Translations under genes and position numbers: made by a program
Shown here: positions 11,162 through 24,495 of the stretch, piece by piece
Numbering within the stretch: position 1 is the first letter of the stretch
How the letters are laid out: each line of letters starts with the position of its first letter
From: Octopus vulgaris
Lineage: Eukaryota
Length of the DNA stretch: 64,000 bases
NCBI GenBank assembly: GCA_951406725.2
Contig: OX597814.1
Span: 194,556,001-194,620,000, forward strand
Direction of reading: 5' to 3'
The notes under the pieces: generated by a model
Databases searched by the model: none
What the model saw: the letters and a program-made list of their open reading frames with translations, nothing else
Told to the model about the DNA's origin: nothing

Positions 11162-11574
11162 GGATCTTTTCGGTTTGGATGACAGTTTTTTCGAGCAGTG
11201 TCATATGAAATTGTCGCCCATAATTATGACCCTAGTATCAATCTATTTGCATTTCAATCTGTTTTAGGGTTAGGGTTAGGGGGAAGGGTATCTTTTTTTT
11301 TTCTTCACAAATGTAAATAAGCCAAATCTGTTTCTTAAACGAGGGACATATTCATACGGCACAGAATGTTTTTTACCTCAATAGACGTCAGTGATTGGTT
11401 GAAATTGCAGAAATTGAAAGAAAAAAACAACAAATATCTTACAAACTACAGAATTTTCTCAATAGAGCCAAGAGAAAAAGATGTTTTATAAACATATTCT
11501 ACCAGTATACGAAGTTTAAAATTTTTTAGTTACCTAGAAATTGTTAAAAACTGCCGTTCAAACCGAAAAGATCC
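11162..11574. mobile_element. GGATC-TIR MITE (MULE-like), asymmetric form
   Basis: TIRs ggatcttttcggtttg/caaaccgaaaagatcc; internal (TTAGGG)3. Confidence 0.85.
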
Positions 11575-11826
11575 AGGATAATATATCTCATCAAGCATGT
11601 GTGTGTGTGTGTTAGTGCGTGTGTGTTCAAAGTTGAAACTTTACTAAAACAAATTTAGTTCATCTTTAATGCATCAATAAAGCCAGTGAAGTTTGATTAA
11701 ATTTTGTACCACCCTATGCCTCATACTGAATATTTTTTCTCACATTTGTATGCATTAACACGCATACATACAATTAACACTAAACTATGGACTTAATATG
11801 CAAGACGACTATCTTTTCCTCTAAAT

Positions 11827-12614
11827 CAGTGCTTCTCAAAGTGGTGGTCTGCGGACCAGTACCAGTCCGCAAGCCAACAGCTGCCGGTACACGGCGAGAT
11901 CCCAGAAAAGAAAGAAACGTTATAAAATACTCATGTAATATTGTATTATTATTTTTTTTCTATTTCATCTAGTTTCAGCTCACGAGCTGTGGCCATGCTG
12001 GGGCACTGCCTTTTTAAAATATCACATGGCAGCGGTGGTATTTCATTACAAAATAGTATAAGATTTTTAAAATTGTCGACTTTTAGGCATATGGTAAGTA
12101 GCTTGCTTACGAACCACATGGTTCCGGGTACAGTCCCACTGCATGGTACCTTGCCACTGCATGGTACCTTGCCACTGCGTGGTACCTTGGGCAAGTGTCT
12201 TCTATTATAGCTTCAGGCCGACCAAAGCCGTGTGAGTGGATTTGGTAGACGGAAACTGAAAGAAGCCCGTCGTATATATGTGCGTGTGTGTTTGTGTGCC
12301 TGTGTTTGTCCCCCAACATCGCTTGACAACTGATGCTGGTGTGTTTACGTCCCCGTAACTTACTGGTTCAGCAAAAGAGACTGATAGAATAAGTACTAGG
12401 CTTACGAAGAATAAGTCCTGGGGTCGATTTGCTTGACTAAAGGCGGTGCTCCAGCATGGCCACAGTCAAACGACTGAAACAAGTAAAAGAGTTTTATTAT
12501 ATTCATTATATTTCTTGATTCCGATATAAATTAATATTACTAATATTAATATTGCTGACACATTGGGAAAAAGAAAGAAAAAAAAACTGCCGGTACGCAG
12601 TTTGAGAAGCACTA
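11827..12614. mobile_element. hAT-type MITE interrupted by SINE B
   Basis: TIRs cagtgcttctcaaa/tttgagaagcacta; TSD is only partial. Confidence 0.7.
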
Positions 12615-12802
12615 CTCGGGATCATAGTTTAGGTTTTTCCTTCCATACAAAAAACACTGATTTGTAAACTAATTTCTACCATCCTAGCCAACAGAAGACC
12701 GTCTCTATAAGGTCACTCGCCTTCTAAAAAATTTTTAAATTGTGGGCACGCACACATACATACTGACATAATTTTTTCAAAATCCAAGTTTCATTTGTAC
12801 AT

Positions 12803-12848
<46 letters not shown>

Positions 12849-14684
12849 TGAGTGTATGATGTGTCAGTTTTTTTCATATTAGCTTTCTATATATATATAT
12901 ATTTCTTTACTACCCACAAGGGGCAAAACACAGAGGGGACAAACAAGGAGATTAAGTCGATTACATCGACCCCAGTGCGTAACTGGTACTTAATTCATCG
13001 ACCCCGAAAGGATGAAAAGCAAAGTCGACCTCGGCGGAATTTGAACTCAGAACGTAACGGCAGACGAAATACGGCTACGCATTTTGCCCGGCGTGCTAAC
13101 GTTTCTGCCAGCTCGCCGCCTTCTTAACTTTCGATATAACTGCAATACACCATCTGAAAGTTATTTCTAGAAAATTTCATTAAAAATTATCTGTTTTACC
13201 GAAAGTTATGAGGAAACTAAGTCAGGAGGACACACTTGCGTAAGTAGGCCGACAGAACGGCCAAGCTGGGACACTTTTGATCAGAATTGAAGATTTAAAT
13301 AACACCTGCCTCACCAAACAAATACTTTTAAACTTTCAAATAAACGTACGTGGGAGTTTTATTTACATAAAAATAAACAGCTTAAGAAAAATATTTTTTG
13401 ACTTTTGACTAAAAGAAACATACTAATATCAACTCGCTAGTAATAGTGTGAGCTGGGAGAAAGAGGGGGTATGTGAAAGTAAAGTCCTGCTAAGTTACAA
13501 AGAGAGAAGACAGAGAAAAAATGAACGAGGGTTTGTTTTATCGTGTTTTTTTTTTTAAATTCTTATAAGCAAAACACCTGCCACTATTTATCTTCTAAAC
13601 ACGCAGGAAAACATATACATGTATGTATATGTATGTGTGTGTATATATATACACATACACACACACGTCACCTTAGACATACGCTACCCCCGCCCCAATT
13701 CAGAGGACAACTTCCTACTTAACAATGACATAGAGAAGAAGCCTTTTATCTACCCAATCTCACTGCTGGCTGCAAATAAAGACAAGTGTGTAGTGAAAAG
13801 TTTCTTTTGGAGGAGAGAGAGAGAAAGAAAAAAAACTAATGATAATAATAATAATAATAACTGTAAAAAAGACAACACAAAAGAAAACAAGTGTACTATT
13901 ATAAAGAGTTAAAAAATACAGCCATCTTTCTCCCAACAAACATCTAAATTAACGGAAATTTTCCTTCGGTTGACTACAAATAAAAAAGAAAAAAGACTAT
14001 GAACGTATGACTTTGTAATTCAAATAAAAATATAATAAATGCACTTGTCATACACTTGTTAATATATCTCAGAATATAGCTTCTGTATGATTCAGAGAAA
14101 CTCCTTTCTTTATCAGTCCACGCCCTTAATTTTACTCAGAGCAGCTAGATCTGCTAAAGCAGCCTCCAAATGTCCCCTAAATTCTATCCTACTGTTAAAA
14201 AAAAAGGAAGATAGCTCTGGATACACTATAACAAAGATGGGATAGTCACAGTTAAAACAGGTTTTTGACCAAGATGTTTCAATGTTTCAATGTTTTGTTG
14301 TTGTTTTTCTCTCCTCTTCAACATTAAAATGGATTGCATTTTTTCTTTTATTTAATCTTCATTTTTATCTTTGACATTTTTAATTTGACAACAGCAGTAA
14401 TTTTATTCAGCTGAATACACGTCATTGATTGGTTGAAATTACCGAAATATAACTTTAACACGAAATAACTTCATAAATTTAAACTTTTCTACGCTAAGAG
14501 TAAAAGATATTTTATATGACACATTCTACCAAGTAAACGAAGTTTGAAAGTGTTTAGTTACAAAAAATTATTTTCTAAATCTGCCGGTCAAAAGGTAAAG
14601 ATCCCAGTTGAGCATTGGAGTCGGTGTAATCGACCAAACCCATCCCCAATTTGTATTATATTTGTAACAGTATTATGTAATACT

Positions 14685-14985
14685 GGCTCAGTGGTTAGAG
14701 CGTCTGGCTCACGATCATGAGTGTGTGTTCGATCCTCGGACCGGGCTCTGAGTTGTTCTTGAGCTAGACACTTTATTTCGCGTTCACTCAGCTGTAGAAA
14801 TGAGTTGCGATGTCGCTGGTGCTAAGCCGTAAGGCCTTTGCCTTTCCCTTGGATAATGTTTGCATGGAGAAGGGAGGCTGGTATGCATGGGTGATTGCTG
14901 GTCTTCCATTAAACAACCTTGCTCGGACTTGTGCCTTGGAGGGTAACTTTCTAGGTGCATCCTATGGTCATGAATGACTGAAGGG
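14685..14985 (+). mobile_element. tRNA(Arg)-like SINE, diverged copy
   Basis: ggctcagtggttagagcg...gttcgatcc head; colinear with 34680-35023. Confidence 0.7.
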
Positions 14986-15549
14986 TATGTAATAATTCAA
15001 TTATAAATCACGCACATCATTGTGTTTTGTTATGCGCATAATGCCTCCGCTCCACCCCAGTAATAAAACAATTGACTTGTATGAAACCAATCTGTGGTGC
15101 AAAACTGCTCTATATCAGTGATTCTTAAACTTATTTTGTTGTAGAACCTTTGCCTTTATATTTTAAGATAAACTCCTTGACATCCTAATTTTAATAAGAC
15201 ATTATAAATAAAGCAACAATTGTTTCAGAAAAGAAACAAGAACATCGCTGCCGCCGCTACCGTTGACGTTGTCTAGTTACGTCCGTGTTCCATGGTGACT
15301 ACATAAGTAGGCTATTCTGATATCTTGATATGTTGTTAGCCCTTTTGTAATGGAGTAGATCAAAGGCATTCCAGCCATGCTCAGCCCATTTTTTTTATTT
15401 CAGATAATATATCTATGACTATATTATCCAATTTGTTATAAAATGGTAGGATGTGATGAGATTTGTCTGCTATTTCTAGCGACTAAATAGCAATTCCTTT
15501 GTTGAGTTATCTTTGGGCTATTGTTTCTATTGCTGTTTCTACATCTCTA

Positions 15550-15967
15550 TCTCTCTATATAAAATATATATATAAAGCTGAAGTTGCCGAAGTTGTCTGT
15601 GTATGGCAGGTTTGGTAGCCTTCAACTAACACTATCTCTTCCGAGACCCTGCGGCGCAAGTTGACCAAAATTGAGAATATGATAGAAGAAGGCTTGCTCT
15701 TCTTTCCGTAGAGGAAAAAATTCAAATCGGACCATGTTAAGACCAAAAATTATTTACATCAAAGAGTTGCTTTTTTCTATGAAAATCCCCCTATTTTTTA
15801 CGATTTTTTGACTGCTGTGTCGCCATTTTTCGGTGTATTTCAACCAGAAAAATGTTCCCTTAAAGAGAATAACAAGCTACATAATGCAAAATTTTTACTT
15901 TTCAAAAATTCCAATTGTAAAGGGTCGAAAAGAAAACAAACCCAAGCAACGCCGGGCGATACTGCTG
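15550..15967 (+). mobile_element. Non-autonomous Helitron (terminal CTAG damaged)
   Basis: tctatata...aaagctgaagttg start; cccaagcaacgccgggcgatactgct end; homologous to 18964-19746. Confidence 0.75.
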
Positions 15968-16781
15968 AACATATGCAAAAAAAAAAAAGAAGAAAAAAAG
16001 GATGATTTCTAGATGTTTGACTAGTTTATGTTAAACAAGGATACTGCAATTAAAATGAGCTTACACACAGGAGGAGTAAGTAAAATGGATGAGTCAGAGT
16101 AAAATTTATGTTACAGACACCATTCTTCTATGATATAACTATAAATCTCTGATGCACTGAATTGATATCAACTTGTCAGATATCATTTTGCTTATGCAGA
16201 CATACTTTTATTTGTACAGCCTGAAAATGACGTTACACTTTCTTGCGGCTTAAAATGCTGAATTGCTTTTCTATTTAATCTGGGTTCTGGGAAAAGTCAT
16301 TCACATTTGTTCACCACCTCATATACAACACTCATTTGTAGACCCAAGAAACTGCTGTATGCACAGCAGCCACATCCCAATATACAGCTGAAGCGAAATA
16401 AACCAAATGAGAGTAGCTACTAGACCTGAAACACTTTATGTCTACTCCAGCATGTGAAGACTGGTAATAGACGAGAATAAGAGTGGATCCAGCAGTCAAG
16501 ATGCTGGTTTTTAATCAAGTGTCATGGAATTTTGAGAGCAAGATGCGACACTTGAAGTTCCGGTCATCCATTGCATCAGGAACTACTTATGGCAGTCTTG
16601 ACCTATCTCGTCTTAGGATCTAGGCAAGCCTGGATGAAAGAGACCCTAACGTTGCGAAACTCTCCCTCACTTAAATCCAATTCACGACATGTAATCTTCA
16701 TCCTGTAGATCAGCTCTTAACAGAGATTGTAGCATTCCCTATTGTAGCTGGGAACATTGTAAGTTCACCGTGGAGCGCATA

Positions 16782-17280
16782 CCGTAAATCCTCGAGTATA
16801 ATCCGCATTTTCCCCCCAAAATTTAAAGGTCAAAACCCCTAGTGTGTACTATATATGAGGTTACAAATGAAAATTATTTTCTAAGCAATATCCGAGTCTC
16901 TATTTGCTGTCTGGCTATGTTTTATCAGGCGCATTTTGTGATGTCGGGCGCGAAAATACCTTCAGCTAAGGCTGAAAGCAATGAAGTCATAAAAGAATCA
17001 TCCATAACTTGCAGTAAGCAACATTTATTAAACGTTTTTACTGTTATTTCTTTATTTTCTGCAAACAAAATGAACAAAAAAGCTACACGTTTGCATTATG
17101 TTATATATACAATAATAAAGGACGTTACCGTATATATTTTTACAAACCAAGGACGTTATATAGACCTCCTTGACTCAAGTTAGAGAAGGGGTGCGTATTA
17201 TACACAAGGTTTAGGTTTTTCAGAGGTTCGGCCCCCTAAAAATTCCCTGCGTATTATACTCAGGGGCGGACGATTTACGG
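16782..17280. mobile_element. Tc1/pogo(Tc2)-type MITE
   Basis: TA|ccgtaaatc ... gatttacgg|TA. Confidence 0.75.
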
Positions 17281-18172
17281 TATATGAAGGAAGTGGTATT
17301 GAGAGGCACTAAATGTTTAGAGGGGTAATGTTCTTTTCTAAAAAAAATAAACACTAGTTTCAAATTTTAGCACAAAGTCAGCAATTTTGGGATTGGTTCT
17401 AAGTCGATTACTTCAACACCCATAATTAACAAGTAACTTATTTTATTGACCTCGAAAGGATGAAAAGCGAAGTTGACCTCGGCAGAATTTGAACTCAGAA
17501 CATAAAGATAGACGAAATGCCGATAAGCATTTTGCCGGCGTGCTAACGATTCTGCTGGTTCGCCATTAAAACCAGTCACAATGCTTATATACTCTCTTTA
17601 CTTGTTTCAGTCATTTGACTGTGGCCATGCTGGAGCACCACCTTTAGTCGAGCAAATCGATCCTAGGACTTATTCTAGCGGTCTCTTCTGCCGAACCGCT
17701 AAGTTACGGGGACGTAAACATACCAGCATGGATTGTCAAGCGATGGCGGGCGTACAAACACAGACACACATATATACATATATACGACGGACTTCTTTCA
17801 GTTTCCGTTTACCAAATCCACTCACAAGGCTTTAGTCGGCCCGAGGCTACAGTAGAAGACACTTGCCTAATGTACCACGCAGTGGGACTGAACCCGGGAC
17901 CATGTGGTTGATAAGCAAAGCTACTTACCACAGCCATTCCTGCGCCTTTTAAAGATGATCAAAAATTTTTTTAAAACATTTTTGTTGAGATTAAAATATA
18001 AGACATTGATTTATCAATCAGAAAGCAGAAACATGACTGATGATGCATCAAGGTCAATAAAAAAGAAAAAAAGTACCAATGAAATGGGGCCGATGTAGTC
18101 GACTTAATCCTCCCTTCTCAATATTTGGTGGCCTTGTGCCAAAAAAAAATTAGAAAGACGTGTAGACGTCTT

Positions 18173-18800
18173 CAAGGTGGTGAGCTGGCAGAAACGTTAG
18201 CACGCCGGGCGAAATGCGTAGCCGTATTTCGTCTGCCGTTCTGTTCTGAGTTCAAATTCCGCCGAGGTTGACTTTGCCTTTCATCCTTTCGGGGTCGATA
18301 AATTAAGTACCAGTTACGCACTGGGGTCGATATAATCGACTTAATCCGTTTGTCTGTCCTTGTTTGTCCCCTCTATGTTTAGTCCCTTGTGGGCAATAAA
18401 GAAATAAGAATCGTTAGCACGCCGGGCGAAATGCTTAGCAGTATTTCGTCTGTCGCTACGTTCTGAGTTCAGATTCCGCCGAGGTTGACTTTGCCTTTCA
18501 TCCTTTTGGGGGTCGATTAAATAAGTACCAGTTACGCACTGGTGTCGATATAATCGACTTAATCCGTTTGTCTGTCCTTGTTTGTCCCCTCTGTGTTTAG
18601 TCCCCTTGTGGGTAGTAAAGAAATAGGCGGTGAGCTTGTAGAATCGTAAAAGCACCAGACAAAATGCTTTGCAGTATTAATTCCGGTTCTTTACATTGCG
18701 AGTTCAAATTCTGCCAAAGGTGAACTTTACCTTTCAACCCATTAGGGACCGATAAAATAAAGTACCAGTTTAGTACTGGGGTCGATAGTATTAGCTATCC
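18173..18800 (+). mobile_element. Tandem trimer of SINE family N
   Basis: Three consecutive copies joined after the aaagaaata tail. Confidence 0.85.
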
Positions 18801-18963
18801 CTAAAAACTGCTACATCAGAACCCATTCTCTAAGTTATCATCATTAGTAGTTTCTGTACAAATTTAACATAGGAAGTACCAGATCAGGCATCATCGTTTT
18901 ACCATCCACTTCTCCGTGCTAGCGTGCGCTTGTGTTTCTGTCTATCTCCGTATGTATTCTAAA

Positions 18964-19746
18964 CTAGCAGTATCGCCCGGCGTTGCTCGGGTTTGTTTCG
19001 ACCCTTCTTTAGAATTGGAATTTTTGAAAAGTAAAAATTTTGCATTATGTAAGCTTGTTATTCTCTTTAAGTGAACATTTTCCCGGTTGAAATACACCGA
19101 AAAATGGCGACACAGCAATCAAAAAATCGTAAAAAATAGGGATTTTCATAGAAAAAAAGCACTTTCTTGATGTAAATAATTTTTGGTCTTAACATGGTCC
19201 GATTTGAATTTTTTCGGCAATCTTTCGTCTCTAGTAGACCTTTCCGTCGATTTCCGTAAAAAAATTTTTTTTTTTTTTACATATGGGCTTGCGGGAACTT
19301 TTGAAGTAATGAGAGCGAAAGAGACTAAGAGAAAGCGATTGTATGACGAGGGAAATTCTTTTGAAGTTACCGTGCATGGGAGCATTGATGTACGTGTGTG
19401 TGTGTATTTGATGGGGTGTGGGAGACAGAAAGTATGTTGTGTAAGTGAAGTGCTTCTGTTAGTGTGTGTGAAGAGACAGAGAGAGTAATGTGTCTCTTTC
19501 GCTCTCATTACTTCAGAAGTTCCCGCAAGCCCATATGTAAAAATAAAATTTTTTTACGGAAATCGACGGAAAGGTCTACTAGAGACGAAAGATCGCCATT
19601 TTTTCTTCTACGGAAGGAAGAGCAAGCCTTCTATCATACTCTCAATTTTGGTCAACTTGCGCCGCAGGGTCTCGGAGGAGATAGTGTTAGTTGAAGGCTA
19701 CCAAACCTGCCATACACAGACAACTTCAACTTTATATATATATAGA
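18964..19746 (-). mobile_element. Non-autonomous Helitron carrying a nested MITE
   Basis: Minus strand TC...cccgagcaacgccgggcgatactgCTAG. Confidence 0.8.
19216..19597. mobile_element. MULE-like MITE (ggcgatctttcg TIR) nested in a Helitron
   Basis: ~110-bp TIRs; perfect 8-bp TSD attttttc; absent from the 15.5 kb Helitron copy. Confidence 0.9.
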
Positions 19747-20961
19747 AATGTGCGTATGTCCGTGTGAATGTGTACTTTTAGTTGACAAGGAAACAGAGGC
19801 GCGTGTATCGCATTATGTTTGTGTACATGCGCGCTCGCGTTGGGGAAGTACTTTTAAATGATTTAATAGACACAGGCCCGTGTGTGTATCTGTGTGTGTG
19901 TGTGTGATTTGCGTTGATAGACTCATTTTAGTTGCTGAGAAAACAAAGGACATCAACCTACGTCGCATTTCATTGTATAAGGATCAGCGTGTGTCTGTAT
20001 GTATGTGAGGGCATTTCTGTCTTTGTTAACTTGATAACACGGAGGACCAAGCAGAGAAGGGGGCTACTCGCTTTAGAAAGATAATTTACAGTTAATTTTG
20101 TTCAAACAACCCCTCCTCACCATTGCATTCATTAACAATGCCCCTTACTTTGCTACTCTATCATACTTAATTTGCTGCTGGGGGAGGAGGGAAGGCAATA
20201 GTGACCATTGTAACAACACGATGAATGGAAACGAAAGTTCTGTTGTCTTTTATAAATGGTTCAATGGAATTTTTATATTATTTTTGTAATAAAAGGGAGC
20301 ATATATATATTTGTTTGTGTGTGAGGCACGGGGAAACCCTTTTCGAGGAGAGGACCACATGAGACATGGATCATTATAGGCGGGTCGCACAAAAAAAAAA
20401 AAAAATTCAAGGTAATTTTTTTATTAGGCGTGCCAAGCAGGAAGTCCCGTGGGCCTCAGTTGCCCCTGACAGATAGTCTCTTGATAAAATGTATATTCTT
20501 TTCTACTCTAGGCACAAGGCTACCAAGGCCCGAAATTTGTGGGGAGGGGCCCAGTCGATTACCTCGTCTCCAGTACGACCCCGAAAGAATGAAAGGCAAA
20601 GTCGACCTCGGCGGAATTTGAACTCAGAATGTAAAGACAGACGAAATACCTATTCCTTTACTACCCACAAGGGGCTAAACACAGAAGGGACAAACAATGA
20701 CAGACAAACGGATTAAGTTGATACATTGACCCCAGTGCGTAACTGGTACTTATTTAATCGACCCCAAAAGAATGAAAGGCAAAGTCGACCTCGGCGGAAT
20801 TTGAACTCACAACGTAACGCAGACGAAATACCGCTAAGCATTTCGCCCGGCGAGCTAACGTTTCTGCCAGCTCGCCGCCTTCATAAAATGTATATTAGCT
20901 GTGTATTTTTTATTTAGCTTCTCGGAGTTATCCTCTCTCTCTCTCTGTCTGTCTGTCTGTC

Positions 20962-21034
<73 letters not shown>

Positions 21035-21041
21035 ATGTATG

Positions 21042-21096
<55 letters not shown>

Positions 21097-21193
21097 ATGT
21101 TTATACTAATGGTAAAATCTCTTTGATAAATATAACAGTATCTTTCTTTCAAGATTGAAAGGTAGATATTTGAAATGTGTGTAGTGTTGTAGT

Positions 21194-21224
<31 letters not shown>

Positions 21225-23580
21225 GGTTTCTTTGTCCCCGGTTTCTTTGTCCCCGTTGCTTGATAATTAGTAATTAATTTGTTTACGTTCTTGTAATTTA
21301 GCGTGCGAAGACAGTGTTGGCTAAAGGTATGGGCACACTTTACGATCGTAAGCTGAATATCATAACTACTAAGTCACACGCCTTCACGAAACAGGTGAAA
21401 GAATAAAAAAAAAAGAATAATTTTCTGAACAGCTAAATGATGAACGATGTAGTTTCCAACTGGAAATTGAAAATAGGTCGCAAGCTGTCTGATGGTAAAC
21501 TTAATTCTGTACCATAGTCATCGTAGTCTGAAAATATGACATTCTTCTGATGAATGAATATATATAACCTGAAGGCGGCGAGCTGGCAGAAATGCTTAGC
21601 GGTGTTTCGTCCGCCGTTACGTTCTGAGTTCAAATTCCGCCAAGGTCGACTCTACCTTTCATCCTTTCGGGGTCGATAAATTAAGTACCAGTTACGCACT
21701 GGGGTCGATATAATCGACTTAATCCGTTTGTCTGTCCTTGTTTATCCTCTCCGTGTTTAGCCCCTTGTGGGTAGTAAATAAATAGGTATTTCGTTTGTCT
21801 TTACATTCCGAGTTAAAATTCAACCGAGATCGACTTTGCCTTTCATTCTTTCGGGGGTCGATAAATTAAGTACCAGTTGCGTACTGGAGTCGTTAAGAAA
21901 TATACACAACCTGCAATTGAAGGAAGTTGTAAGCTTGGTGGTCATGTATTTCTGGGGAACAAACAGTTCTTTTTAAGTTTGACACAAAGCCACCAATTTT
22001 GGGGAGAGGAGGCAAGTCGATCGATTGCATTCACCCTAGTACTGGACTCGTGCTTTATTTTGTCAACCCGAAAAGCTGAAATTTGAACTGAGAACGTGAA
22101 GAATCGGAAGAAATGCCACTGAACATTTTGTCCGGAATGCCAACGATTCTGCCAGCTCGCTGCACTTTGTTGAAGAATAGCGACGAATGTGAGTCAACGT
22201 ATAAAACTGAATCTTGACTGGGAACCTGTGAAATTGTGTTGTGCTGTTACTCTTTTACTTGTTTCAGTCATTAGTCGCCTTTAGTCGTGCAAATCTACCC
22301 CTGGACTTATTCTTTGGAAGCCTAGTACTTATTCTATCGTTCTCCTTATGCCGAACCGCTAAGTTACGGGGACTTAAATACACCAGCATCGGTTGTCAAG
22401 CGATGTCGGGGGAGGGGGCAAACACAGACACAAACATATATATATACATATATACGACGGGCTTCTTTCAGTTTCCGTCTACCAAATCCACTCACAAGGC
22501 TTTGCACTTGCCCAAGGTGCCACGCAGTGGGAATGAACCCGGAACGATATGGTTGGTAAGCAAGCTACTTACCACACAGCCATTCCTGCGCCTATGTTGA
22601 TAAATTTACGAAAGTCTGAGTGAATAATGAAATCGTTTCGACTGGGAACTGGAACCAGATAAACTGTTCATCAAAATTTTTAATACGACATTCTTCTGAG
22701 GAGCAGACACAAGCTGAAAGACCTGACAATAATATCTTCTTTACTATTTAAGTTTCTTCATGTTTAACATTTTTCTCTTTGTTCTGAGCCTTTTGCACTT
22801 TCCGTTTGCAATTTTTTATCTCCACACCGTTTCTTTGCCCCTCTGCCATCACTACAACAACTATATCCACCGCCGCTAGTGTCTCCACCGCCTCAACTAT
22901 CCCCACCATCATCACCCTCATTACAACAACTATTCTTACCACCATCCATTCCACCACATCTTTAACCACCATCACTACCAACACCACCACCACAACCTCG
23001 ATCACCACTATCATCCCCTTCTACCACAAGTATCTACAACACCACCACCTCCACCATAGCTATTTACTCCACCACCACCACCACCACCATACATCTGCTC
23101 CCAATCCAATACAAACTCCTTTTACCTCCTCCTTCACATTTTCCGTCACAAACACATTTATTTTTTTACAAACATTTCGTTTCTTTTTTACCCCTTGTTT
23201 TTTTTCCCTTCTTCTCCTTTGTCTACCCAGCAATTATAGAAACCCAACACCACGCGAGGCCTGTTTGGATAAGGTTAATCAGTCACATATGTACGCGCGC
23301 GCATGTATATATGTATATATATGTATATATGTGTGTGCGTGTACGTGTATTTAGTGTGTATGTATGTATATGTCCGCGCGCATGAGGGAAGTACTCAATA
23401 CAGATATAGAGTATAATTATTTATTCAATAACATTATTCTCGCGACCAATGAAGATTCGCAAAACTCGAATTAGTTCGGTGATAAGATGTGCGGTGTATT
23501 TTAGTTTTGTTTTGTTCGTTTTGAGTATGAGAGAGAGAGAGTTGCATATATTTTCCATGTTTATTCAAATAATATAGCTA

Positions 23581-23583
<3 letters not shown>

Positions 23584-23676
<93 letters not shown>
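23584..23676. repeat. (GT)n microsatellite
   Basis: Seen directly. Confidence 0.95.
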
Positions 23677-23677
<1 letters not shown>

Positions 23678-23734
23678 ACAAATATATTTTGGCGAAATTT
23701 CGATATAGCCTATATTTTTAATAAATGTAAACTG

Positions 23735-24031
23735 GGTAACTATTTAAGAAGGGTGATCCCGGTGCGCGCACTCGCGCATCCGCGCTAGCTAGTCGTGACT
23801 AGTCGATCCTTACTTTTTGTTTTTGTGTTTTATTTACTTTGTTTTAAAAAATTATTTACTCTGTATTTTTATGTTCTATTTACTTCGTTTTAAAAAAAAA
23901 TTATTTACTTTATGTAAAAAATTATTTATTTTGTGTTTTATTTACTTTGCCAGGTAGTCGTTGTAGGATCGACTAGTCACGACTAGCTAGCGCGGATGCG
24001 CGCACCGGGACCACTCTTCTTAAAAAGTACC
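23735..24031. mobile_element. MULE-like MITE with GC-rich TIRs
   Basis: TIRs ggtaactatttaagaagggtgatcccggtgcgcg.../...cgcaccgggaccactcttcttaaaaagtacc; perfect 9-bp TSD tgtaaactg. Confidence 0.9.
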
Positions 24032-24495
24032 TGTAAACTGATGTTTCTCGATCTATCATCATTCGGTAAAAGCGAAGGAGGTAGGAAGAAAAGACAAAGA
24101 ATAAAGGAAATACACGTCTTAACGAAGTTTGACAGTTTGACAAATAAAAGTAAAACTTGTCCGAACCCTACACTCCTGGTTCTATATACATAGATACACA
24201 CACACACATCAGATAATCACAAATATATAGATACTGGAGATTACAGCATATAAGAGAACCACGAAGCTTCTCGGTTCAAAACTCTATTAACAACTGGTCG
24301 CCTTATCAGTTCAACTATAAGTTTTTCGATTGAGGTAGTCTTAACAGAGTGAGGAGGTCAGCAGAAGAAAAGGAAAGAATTCGGTCTTTTCAATTAAAAA
24401 GGTTTCATTCAACACTCAAGTTGAGGGATCAGTACAAAAGAATTTCGTACTATGAGAAGGAACTTTCAATGAACTCAAATCTCTTTATACTCATA

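Noticed and set aside
14685-14760. tRNA gene
   Set aside because: A/B boxes continue into a SINE body and there is no intact acceptor stem.
22806-23354. Thr/His-rich mucin-like ORF
   Set aside because: Degenerate (CAC/ACC)n low-complexity tract without splice or homology support.
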